A stretch of DNA of 64,000 nt from Octopus sinensis (lineage: Eukaryota): assembly GCF_006345805.1 (NCBI RefSeq), contig NC_043005.1, positions 21,390,001 through 21,454,000 of the forward strand, in the 5' to 3' direction. The notes under the pieces were generated by a model, which was given only the letters and a program-made list of their open reading frames with translations, did no database searches and was not told the DNA's origin. Below, in pieces: positions 13,401 through 25,553 of the stretch; position 1 is the stretch's first letter; each line of letters opens with the position of its first letter. The position numbers and the translations under genes were made by a program.

Positions 13401-16400
13401 AAAAAAGATAAAGAAAAGTGGAAGAGAAGCAGAGTTTCACAGTGTCTAAACAAAAAGAGGGGAAAGACAAAGTGAAAGAGAGGGAGAGAGAGTGTAAGTG
13501 ACGGCGTTCATAAAAAATAAAATGTAAAATGTTATGTTTTTTCTTAAACTCTGCCTCTCTTCCACTTTTCTTTATCTTATAGTGTTCAAATTCGGGATGT
13601 TTTTGAAAGACACTATATTTTATAATCATAATATATATACTTTCTCACACAGCAATTACAATATATTTATTTTAAATCATTTATTTATTTTAAATCGTTC
13701 ATCTTTCTCCCCCCCCTCTCTCTCTCACACACATTACTTTGGGTGTGAAAGAGTTTTGTTTTTATTTTACGGTGAGTAAAAAAGTGTTTTGTTGACAATC
13801 CATTTATTTAACAACAAAGAAACAAAGAGGTAGGTAATTTGTCAGTGAATTACACAATATAAATGGGTACAATTTCCGAGGCTTCCACCACACCCCCACT
13901 CCGTTTCCCGGACCACAAAAAGGGTTTTGTAGCATATTAGGATGCCAGAGTAGTTGATTCCACACAAAAAACCGATTTTTTTTCTTAGTGAAAATCGTGC
14001 GAGTGTTAATCTACAAATTTAACAACATTTTTTCCATTCATTTCTGTTTATGAACATGTATGATGCACAAAACATGCAATAGGTGTACGTACATACGTGT
14101 GTGTATGTGTGTTTGTGTCTGTTGCCCATATATAATTATATTATATTATATTATATTATATTATATTATATTATATATAATATATATATAATATAACCAA
14201 TTTCGCCCAAATTTGACGTCGATATTACTTAGTTTGGTTTGAAATAAAGAACTTGATTAGCTTATTAATTGTAACTTAATCCTGGGCAAGGCCGGGTTAT
14301 ACTGCTAGTTAATTATAATTCTCTGCAACCCTCATAAATTTATAATCCTCATAAAATTCCCAATGCTCTTAATACTATCTATTCCTCAAAAAATTCTTGA
14401 TAACATACAATTTTAATAGCAAAAAGACACAATTAACAATACATTAATGTGAAAGAAACATGCCACATGCAACAGTTCAAGATTTTGTTGGAAATAGTAC
14501 AACTGAACTAAACATCTGAATGAGCAATTTACAACCTCCATTCTGACCCACAAAATTCTTTTCAATACTCAGGAAGACATGGGATGAAGTGGTAAGAGCC
14601 AACCTCAAGATGCTGGCCCTCACCCAGGAAATGACAATGGACCGAGATGTCTGGCTGTATGGGGTTCTAGAGAAGGTCTGCCCACATCAGCGAAACTGAA
14701 TTCTAGACGCAGTGTATGCCCCACCCACATTTAACAAGGCAACTTCTCACACTCTCTACCACAACAAACCAAACTACATCTCTTCTTCATATTTCCACAT
14801 CATGGATGTGTGTGTGTGTCCATGCAAGCCCATCTCTCCTGTAGCCAGTCAAGCATTGGTCAACTACATCTATCACAGCCTGGTTTATTTTAGTTTGTCA
14901 GCCTGGTTTATTTTACTTTGCAGAGTTTTATTAAAAGTATTTCACCCATGTCTTTAATCCTCTTCCCATTACGTGTGTGTGGGCAGGGGGCAAGATGCAG
15001 GTAACTTTAGTCTGTTACAGTCAATATCTTATATTCTAAATTTGTTGTTATCTCCTCATTCTCACCCACTTCCTAATGTATATACACCATTGATATTGAT
15101 TTCGCTTATCACTTCCAGCTTATACAAATGTTGATTGTGGACCACCAAAAGATATTGATCGTACATTGATGTCCTACTCTACCACCACCTATAAATCTGA
15201 AGTAATCTATACATGCCATGAAGGAGAAAAGTTGAAGTCAGTATGTAAAGAGGACAATAAATGGACTCCAGTGGTGTCTTCTTGTAAAGGTAATGTAAAT
15301 AGGTTCTCACTTGTCTCAGTCTAGGCGATTTTGTTTAATTTTTTTACTGCATATCTTTGTCAGAGGAAGAATAGCTAAATCCATGACAATTTCCATTGTA
15401 TTTGTGGTTGGTGGGAAGGAAAGAGAAAGCTATCTTCAGATCAGATAACTTATCAAATCCATGCAACAGAGTGGACTTATTTAAAGCAATCCAAGGATCA
15501 GGTAATGGTATTAATTTGGATGCTGGATTAAGTCTGCCAACCAAGAACAGTGTGTTCTCTCCATCTGGTTTCTGCATAGTTTCTATCTACCAACTTTCAT
15601 TCACAATTCTTAGTCAAGAAGCAGATTTTTAACCATGTAGCCATAACTTCAGATAATACTACATTCTTGTTAAGTAAACTTTTTACTGCCACAGTTTTAC
15701 CTCAGCTAACCTGGGAAGTTTTTCTCTTAAATTCTTACTTCAGCTTTCTCACCCATACTTTGTTTCATTCTGTGAAACTCTGTACATTACCATGCTCTGA
15801 GTGTTTCTTTACAAGAATTCAGCAATCATCTTAAACTTTTGATGGTCTTCCATTCCACCATCCTAAATCATATTGCGACAAATAATGATAGTTTCTTGTT
15901 TGGAAAAATATATCCAACACATTTCAATAGAAAAGCTTTAGTCAGTATCATGACTTCCATTATTTGATTGGTATTTTATGTTATTGACCACCTGCAAGAT
16001 TGAAAGATAGAGTTAATATTGGCTGGATTTGAACTGAAAACATGAAATGCCTGAATACATACAATAAAGCATCTCTTCCAATGCTCTAATTAGTATTCAT
16101 ATCTATATTCCAAATAAAGATGAGAATGATGATGAGTCCCTCTTGAATGTAGCAGTATCTTTATCTAGGACCAATTGGAGAACCTCACCATCAAAAACCA
16201 TCATGAACTCCAAGGACAAAAGTCCTCTCCAATTAATATTCTTTGCGCTACAAGTTTGTGGCATTGTGGGACCCATTCATGCTCACATCACTTTCAATAA
16301 TTTTCCTGGAGGAGAATATCTTCCTCTCTATCCACATCATTTTTATAAATGATACTTTAAAAATACAGATTAGGGATTGACCAAAGAGGAAAGTCCCCTT

Positions 16401-19400
16401 TCAATCTTATCCAACACACAACCTCTTTTGCCATAGCTACCAGACGGAGGAAAACTATCTTCTTAACTCATTTAAAGGCAGGCGTTTGGCAATCATCATG
16501 ATGGACTTGACAGACAGCTAGATATGTTCCATACACAGTAGCAACAGTTTGACAAATTTACATCTCAATAATGCCTGGACACTGAACGAGTGCATGTTGC
16601 TCTGTGCACATCTTGGATGGCACTGTCTTATAGCACTTCCATAACAGTAGATTATACCTTGGACCAGTAGACTACTTTGGCAGAACCACCAAGAACTTCA
16701 CAAAGTGGTCCATAGTATTCCCTGACCAAAAATATCTTTGAAACAAACTTGCCAGTTCATTCACATCGACCAAAATGGGCACATGATACATGAACCCAAG
16801 CAGGTTTGTGCAGCATTTCAGCGGCACTTTGGTCAACTGTTTGAGATGAATGGGAGGCTAGAATGTTAGATGAACTTCAATGCCTATCTTGATGGCATGC
16901 CATTACACTTGGCAAAGGAGATGGAGTATTGCAAAATGCTGATAACAGCTGCAGAAATATGGGATGCAATGGTGGGTTGCATGGCAGGGCAAATCACCTG
17001 GTTTGGATAGTCTGCCCTATAAACTTTACTTCTGTATGTCAGACTTGTTTGGCAGCCTCTTAGCAGATATCAACCACAACTGGCAGCAGAATAGAAGAAT
17101 TCTTTGTTCTGTGAATCAAGAAATGGTGGTACTGCTGAGAAAGGACCCAAACAAGGGGGTTCAAATAGAAAATGTTAGACCCATAAGATTGCTGAATGCA
17201 GATTTCAAAGTTTTAACCGGGGTGTTAGCAAAGTGGTTGGCACCTGACAATAAGGAGCTGGTTGGTGATGCACGAATATGTGTCATCTCAAGCAGATCTA
17301 TTTCCATCAAGCTCCACCTCATGTGATACATCATAGACAGGGTAGACAAAGAAGCTGGCTTGGTAGGACCCTGATCAGTTTGGATCATTTGAAAGCCTTC
17401 AATAGGGTTGGCCACCAATATTTGTTGACCATTCTCACAACAGCAAGTTTTAATCCCAATTTCTGTGGCTGGATTTCCACAATGTACAGTGAGATATGTT
17501 CAGTAGTTCAGGTAAATGGTTACCTTACCGGATCTTTCAGAATCACGCACTCACTCCATCAAGGGTTTCCCCTCTCATCTCTTTTATATGTACTGGCCCT
17601 AAAGCCACTATTGCAGAAATTGGAAGCTTTTGAATGAGGTTGTAGAAGAACCATGTTGGCATATGCACACATCAACATCATAGTGCTGAACACCAGGCAC
17701 GTAGACCTAATCAGCACTGCTCTAAAAGAATATGAGGCAATGACAGAAGCAAAAAGTAGCCAAAAAAAGCCAGTGGGCCTGCTGCTTGGTATCTGGAGAA
17801 GCAGGCCCACGCTATCTAATGACATCATGAGATGCTGGATGGAGAAACCGGTTAAATTGCTTGGGGGTCTGGTTTGGTCCAGATCTCTTGGTGAAAAAGA
17901 ACTGAGATGAGGTGAAAACCAAGGTGGCCAATGTCATGCAGAAATGGGCTGAGAGAAAGCTATCTCTGAAAGGTCAGCCAGAGGTGGCAAGTGCTTACAT
18001 TGTACCCATAATATATTACTGCCTGACCATCATGCTCTGCCCTGGCAATCTATTTGTAATACCCACTGAATGGTGGACTGGGCATGGTATGGCTGCTGAT
18101 GCACAGACATGAACTGAGGCTACATTCCCAGTGCTTCCTTGATGATGAGCAGGTTTATCTAAAACTTGTCTCTTTGGCTGAGCTGCAGTCTGGATCAAGT
18201 ATAGACCAAAGTGGGGTGCCTGGCACCTTGAGTGTCATCAGATGCTTGCAATCCTCTGTCTGTCAGGCAATGTGATCAGTGGAAATTCCATTCTGGCATT
18301 CTATAGAGGGTTAGTGGCATTCAAGTGTGACAATGTTCTCGGGAAGAATCTGGGCATCAACAAGAATTAACTGGCTGGTCTGTTCTGGAGGATTTTGGGC
18401 CAAGGTTTATGGATAATATCTAGAAATCCTCAACCTGGCTGTGCTACTGGGAGGCGGGGCAGCATTGCCAGTTTGAGATAAACTCTACAAGTATGGAAGT
18501 GCTATCTCTCAGGCTTGCCCAAGATGCACACAGAGTGACAAACCTGTTCTGCAGATTCTCATGCAATGCCTGAGCATTACTGACTTGTGGGTTTAGGTTG
18601 AACACATGCTGTCACATGTAAGACAGATATGGCTGTTAGCTGAGTTCATTCTGAAGATCATCCCACTGCCTTCCTTTGACTAGGAAGGGCAGATAGTGTT
18701 ATTTTGCTTGGGGACCTTAGTGAAAGTGGTTGTATGGTGGACAAGATTGAAAGGGCTGAAGACGGATGCTTTCCTCTCTGGCCAAGCTCTCATCAACTTT
18801 TTCAAGTTTCACTTGAAAAGGAAAGGAAGGGTATTTCACCTTTCATACTTCTGAGGTTGATAAAACAAGTGCTATTAAAGTACTGATTTTTATGTGTACT
18901 TACACTGCAGAATATGTGGCCTTGATAGAAACTATCATCATAAATATTGTTACCGTCACTAAAATTTATAATTATTCTTGTTGACAGAATTATTTGAGAA
19001 ACAGACAAAATGTGCTCTTTATCTTCTGAATTCAAATCCTGCTGATGTCAGCTCTGCCTTTCAATAAAATAAAATATCTATCAAATATAGGGACCAATTT
19101 AATTGATTAACTCCTACTTCAAAATTTTGTCCTTCTTTACATGTTAGAAATTATTATTATTGTTGTTGTTTTTGTTGTTTACATTTGTCTCAATCTTACT
19201 TTAATTCCAGTTTCTAAGCTCAATTTTGTGAAAGTAAAAGATGCAGTTCTTGATACATCTAAGAAAACTTTGTGGAATAAGAAACATGTAACAACAGATG
19301 CATGTGCACAAAAATGTTTATCTTACAAAAATTGTTTGTCATTTGATATAAATAAAGTGAGTGGAGACTGTTACTTCTCAAAGCAAAGTGCATCTTTCTC

Positions 19401-22400
19401 CAAGAAATTAAAACCAACCGAAGGCAGAGATTACTACCAACGACTAAGATGTAATTATTCTGCATGTTTCTCTTTACCTCTTTTTTGGAAATTTGTGATT
19501 CCTTTTGTACTTCATAGTATACAGAAAACCACTTCTGCAAAGACAGACAAGTTTATCTATAAGGACAGACATAAATAAATTCCAGAAATAAACAATTTTA
19601 CAAACTGTAAATATTTCTAGGTTATTCTCTCACAGCTGTTATTCATTTTGAACACTTTGAAGCACATTTTTTTTTCACAGAAAAGCAGTTTATTTTTCTT
19701 AAATCTGTGTAGCAGCAGCAGCAGTAGTAGTAGTAGTTTCTGTGTGATACCTGACTTGAAGATTGAAAGCTGAATAAGAGAACAGACACCATCATAAAAA
19801 TTTCAGTTCTTACTCCCAAGCTATAATATAAAACTTAATAACTAGAATTACTAATACAATCACCAATTTAAATACAATATAAGACATTTTAGACAACATT
19901 GTTTTTCATAGTACAAAATGATGTTAGCTAGAATTGGCTTTAGTAAGAAGTTAATAAAATCAAAGCATCCTCCACCTGCACATCTGGAGAGAAGTATACT
20001 GATAAAATAAATTTGCACTAATTCTCTCTTCAACTTAAATTTCTCCATGAATATGGCCAAAAACATTTTACCTTGTGTTAGACATTATATACAGCCACAT
20101 ACATAGAGACACTTGTATATACATATATACATGTGTTTGTTTGTGTGTGTATCTGTAAAACTACTCAGAAATGCATGCATCCATCAGTCTGGTTAAAAGG
20201 CGCTTTGAACTGACTTGGTGTGTTTACACCAATTGTCTCCAGTGAGATAATTTCTCCATTATAGGGAAAGGCTTCTTATGGGTCTAAATATGCCCCAAGC
20301 ATATTTGAACTAGCAACAAATTTGTATGTGTATATATATATATATAGACTCACGGCTTGTTGAACAAGCTCTGTCCAGTACTTTTTGGTTTGTCACACTG
20401 TCCTGCCAGTGAATATCCATGATCCTGCACAGTGCACTTGTGTGAAATTGTTTCAATTGTTTGATGTGCCAACAGTATGGGGTGCATGTTTGACATCCAT
20501 ACAGTAGTGTAGAAACAACTTGTAGATCTTGAGCTTGTTGATAGTCTTATGCTTTTCTGCTGGAGAACTTTCACTTTCAGTTTTTCAAGTGTTTGGCTGG
20601 CCTTGTGAATTCTGGATAACATTTCACTGTCCCTTAATGGTGATGTTTGGCTGAGAGTAAATTGTGTTTGGGGCTACTTAGATTAGGACCTCTATTTTCT
20701 CAAGGCTATTGGTCAGTCCAAAGAGCCTTGACGCTTCTGCAAAGTGATCAACAATGGACTCCATGTGATTTTCCTTATGTGCTATAAGGACACAGTCATC
20801 TGCGAATAGGGCTTCAGTTATAAGTTTTTCACCGTATCGGTTCAAGCAGATTTGGCAGAGGTCAAAAACAGAGTTGTCTGAGCAATATTTAATGAATATG
20901 TCCAGGTCTAGATCTTTCATTGTGTAAAGTAGGACCTATGTGAAGAACAAATTGAACAAAATGAGGGCAAGTACACAGCCCTGTTTCATGCCATTGGAAA
21001 TGTTGAAAGAGTTGGTGCAGTCATCATTGCAAAGAATTTGACCATTCATATTATCAAGAAAGAGCCTTGTTAGTGTGGGTAGCCCAGCTTGGTTTAGATG
21101 GTCCACAAAGCTTCTCTGTTGACTGTGTCAAAAACTTTGGTCAGTTCTATGAACATGGAATACAAACCTATATATTGTTCAATGCATTTCTGCTTGACTT
21201 GATACACAGCAAACACCATGTTTATATTGCTGTGGGCTTCAGGCAAGTTGTTCTCAGAGACACTAGTGATGAGCCTGTTAAAGAAGATGCAGACCAGGAT
21301 TTTTTTTCAGCAATCTAAAGCAGGGAAATGCCCCTGTAATTCCCACAGTCTAATTTGGCGTTTTTGTTCTTGTAGAGTGTAATTATGGTGACATCTGGAA
21401 AGTCTGCAGACATACTCTCTTCATCCCAAATGGATACAGGTATGTCATGGAATGCGCTAAAAGCCATGTACCAAGTGCCTTGTCTCTGCAGAAATTCCAT
21501 CTACTTCCAGAGCTTTGCCACAATCCATTTCTTTTATGACATTACGACAGTCTTGACCGCTTCTACACTTGGCAGGTCAAGATCTTTGAATAGAGGCTTC
21601 TGAGGCATATGTTGCAATGCTTACTGGTCAACAGTGGATGGCCAGTTTAGGAGTTGGTTGAAATACTCCTCCCATCTTCTCTTGATTCCTTCTTTGTCTT
21701 TGATGACTGCCAAGCCATTAGCAGATAACAGCAGGTCTGTTCCATTTGTGGAAGGGCTGTAAATGGCCTTGATGACACTGTACAGCATCTTGGAGTTATT
21801 GGTGTCCATGTAGAGCTGCACTTCTTCAGCTTTCCGCTCCCACCATCTACCTTGCATGCTACAAAGTCCTCTCTGGGCTCTGGTTCGACAGTCCCTGTAT
21901 CTGTCACACTGTGAGGGGTAGTTTAGATTGTTCTACCATTCAGTGTAGACCTTTCTCTTATCACCCAGCAGTACCTGTACAGCCTCGTTGTTGTCATTCA
22001 ACCAGTCCTGATGAAGCTTTTCCTCTGGGCCTAGAACTGTTTTGGCTGTCTCTGTGATGACTTCTTTGAGCTGCTTCTACATTTTCTCTCCTCCACCAGT
22101 CAGTGGTCTTATCATCTTGAACTTTTCATCACAGCTAGACTGAAACTCTTGCTAGTATTTGGTTGAAAAGAGTCTGGCTGTATTAAAGGCTTTGGGTGTT
22201 TGTGGTGTTGGAGAACTATGCAGATGTTGAGCTTGGCTCTTATGAGTCTGTGGTCTGTCCAGCACTCTGCTCCATCCCTGGTGATGTGGATGTCACTGTT
22301 GTCACATTGATGAATGATAATGTAATCAATAAGATGCCATTTTTTTGAGTGCAGATGCATCTGTGATGTCTTATATTAATCAGCCTGTCAGAAGATGGTG

Positions 22401-24222
22401 TTTGTAATCAACAGGTTGTCCTCGGCACATTTACTCAGCAAAAGAAGGCCATTGCTATTCATTTTTCCAACTCCATGCTTCCCTATAACTCCTCTCCACT
22501 ACTCCCCATCCATGACAACACTGATGTTGAAGTCACCTAGTATGACAAGCTTGTCAGTAGCAGATGTGTCATGTAGTGCAGTATCCAAATCAGCATAGCA
22601 CTGCTCTCTGATCTTTTCTGTGCTTATCATTATAGAAGCATACATGCTCAAAATGGTGATGAATTGTTTGTCGTTGACAGATTGGTGAAGTTTCATAAAT
22701 CTTTCATTTACACCTGTGGGAAGGTGGGAATCTGTTTCAGGAGACTGGACTTGATGGCAAATCCAACTCCATGCATTTTGTTCTCATGTAGGGCCTTGCC
22801 TTTCCTCAGCCAGTTGAGTTTCACTGATTGCTGCAATGTTGATATTGTATCTTGACTATTTTTTGGCAGTGAGAGCTGTTCTTCTCTAAGGTCTGGAGAC
22901 ATTGTCTCAATCCATGAGGGTACATATGTTCCATATACCAATGATTAAGTTAATTTTTCTCAGTTTGAATTGACCACAAATGGGTAATTCTGACCAGACC
23001 TGTTTAGGACAAGCTTTCCTTAGGCCACATTTTTCTAGGTCTTTCTCTTACTAACGTGAGCAGTGCTGTCCTAAAAAACTGCCCAGTCACCTGGGATGTT
23101 GTCCAATACAAAGAACAGTGATCACTGGTCCACAGGCTGCCTATGTGCAGATTTGTAACTAGAACTTCTAGTGGTTATATCCACCTGTCCCTTTCATCAC
23201 TCCTGTAAGAAATCTAGCTGAGGTTCTCTTCTGTCTTCTTGCACACCACATGACTCTACATGACATCACTCCAGCATTTCAATAATCTCATCAGTCCTTT
23301 TCATTATGCTGACATTGGTTTATATTGAAGTATGATTATATATATATATACACTCATATAATACTGTGTGTGATCATGTTCTATTGTCAAAAGCAGCATA
23401 TGTGAATCGTATGAAATTACATGAAGACTGAAATGCCTAGGTAGGTAATAATCTTGTACCCTAACCACCTCTTACAACTAGTGTCATAAGTCACAAATCT
23501 AATATGACAATATCTGGACTTAACAGACACTCAACATCTTAAGGGGACTTTTACATGAATGAAGTTCACAGCCAGTAATCACACACCATAACACATACAT
23601 TAAGTATGAGAAATCAGTAATGTTTCTACTTGATACATTGGCTAACCATCTGTTGAACAGCACTTAGACCATACAAAAGTTCCACATTAGAAGAAGGATG
23701 TACATGTGAATTAGATACATCTTAAATTTTGAAACAAGGTTCCAAATAAGTCAGATGTGCTAAAACTCACATGAATTTTCAGTTGTCATTTTGTGAATCA
23801 ATTATTTACATGTAATAAATTGTCCATTTAAAGCAAATTATGCACCAGATGATATATAATATTTAGTGTGTGTGTGAAAAAAGTATAGAATGTACTTCTT
23901 ATTTTCTTTCTTTTTTTTCCAGCTTATTATGAGTTATTCACAATTAAAAATGCTGCCATACCAGGGCAGGCTAATCTTGGACAACTGAGAAATGTGGAAC
24001 TAAAGGAATGTGCAAAAGCTTGCTATCAAATTCCAGGATGTAAATCTTTTGAGTACAATGAAAGAGCTAAGATCTGTTATCGAGGTAATGTGAATCACTT
24101 GATTCATGACCTTGAACCAAGCAAAAGTGATTCAGACTCTTACATCATTAACCCAGGTCAGTAGAGCATTTTCATTTTGTTTATTGTATGTTTTGTGCAT
24201 ACATGTGAGTGTACAATATTCG

Positions 24223-24257
<35 letters not shown>

Positions 24258-25515
24258 AGTGAATGGAAGAAATGGAGTTGAACGAAGATTGTACAGAATT
24301 CCTTTTATTACATTCTACACATGTTTCAAAGGCCACAATTTTCCAAATTCTGATTAAATAAGGATACCATATTGCAGCTTTCTCTTCAGGAAAAAGCAGG
24401 AATTACGTTGACAGAACAAAACAAAACAGAGGCGCAGCAAAGCAATTCGAACGAGGACGCTCCTTAAGAGCCCATGGTTAAACTGTTTATCAATGTACGT
24501 TGAAATCGGGGTGTTGGTGGGGGCCGACAAAAGGTCCGTTGGAATAATTACAGGTCAGGCCGCGGTCAAATCTAGTAGGTGTGGAATTAATGAGAACAAG
24601 GGGTGTGGAGATGTTCTGTGTGACCAAAACTAATGTTCTGAATATTTTAAGAATACAGGGTGTATTTTAGGGGCGAGACAAAACCTACCTAAAAGCATGT
24701 ATGTGTATACTAGCTTATGTGTGCGCGGCCGTATGTTGGTGAGGGGCGCTAGATAATGAGCACTGCTGAAAAAACCTGTCAGGCGGCTGAAAAAATTCTG
24801 TGTTCGTGTGTTCGTCTAGAATTTTTTCAGCCGCCTGACAGGTTTTTTCAGCAGTGCTCATTATCTAGCGCCCCTCACCAACATACGGCCGCGCACACAT
24901 AGGCTAGTATACACATACATGCTTTTAGGTAGGTTTTGTCTCGCCCCTAAAATACACCTGTATTCTTAAAATATTCAGAACATTAGTTTTGGTCACACAG
25001 AACATCTCCACACCCCTTGTTCTCATTAATTCCTCACCTACTAGATTTGACCACGGCCTGACCTGTAATTATTCCAACGGACCTTTTGTCGGCCCCCACC
25101 AACTCCCCGATTTCAACGTACATTGATAAACAGTTTAATCATGGGCTCTTAAGGAGCGTCCTCGTTCGAATTGCTTTGCTGCGCCTCTGTTTTGTTTTGT
25201 TCTGTCAACGTAATTCCTGCTTTTTCCTGAAGAGAAAGCTGCAATATGGTATCCTTATTTAATCAGAATTTGGAAAATTGTGGCCTTTGAAACATGTGTA
25301 GAATGTAATAAAAGGAATTCTGTACAATCTTCGTTCAACTCCATTTCTTCCATTCACTAATTATATTAAACTTCAATTATCCGCACCAACGCATGGTTGC
25401 AACACCAAATGGTCTTATCTCCAACCGTGTTTTTTTCTGCTGTGATTTTTGCTACCCAGGTATCAGTTAAACTTTTGAATAATCTGTAACAAGAAAATTC
25501 ATCTTTCCATTTCAA

Positions 25516-25553
<38 letters not shown>

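Larger units (their letters stand above)
24250..25366. repeat. Near-perfect palindrome (550/549-bp arms, 18-bp spacer), probably an inverted Penelope-like terminal repeat
   Basis: 24250-24799 is the reverse complement of 24818-25366 with about 5 substitutions and 1 indel; abuts a (TA)n run. Confidence 0.95.

Noticed and set aside
14924-15000. Possible signal-peptide exon ([17 protein letters not shown]) before C2 with good AG and GT
   Set aside because: It ends in phase 2, incompatible with phase-1 C2; it is weakly hydrophobic and not conserved before other Sushi exons.
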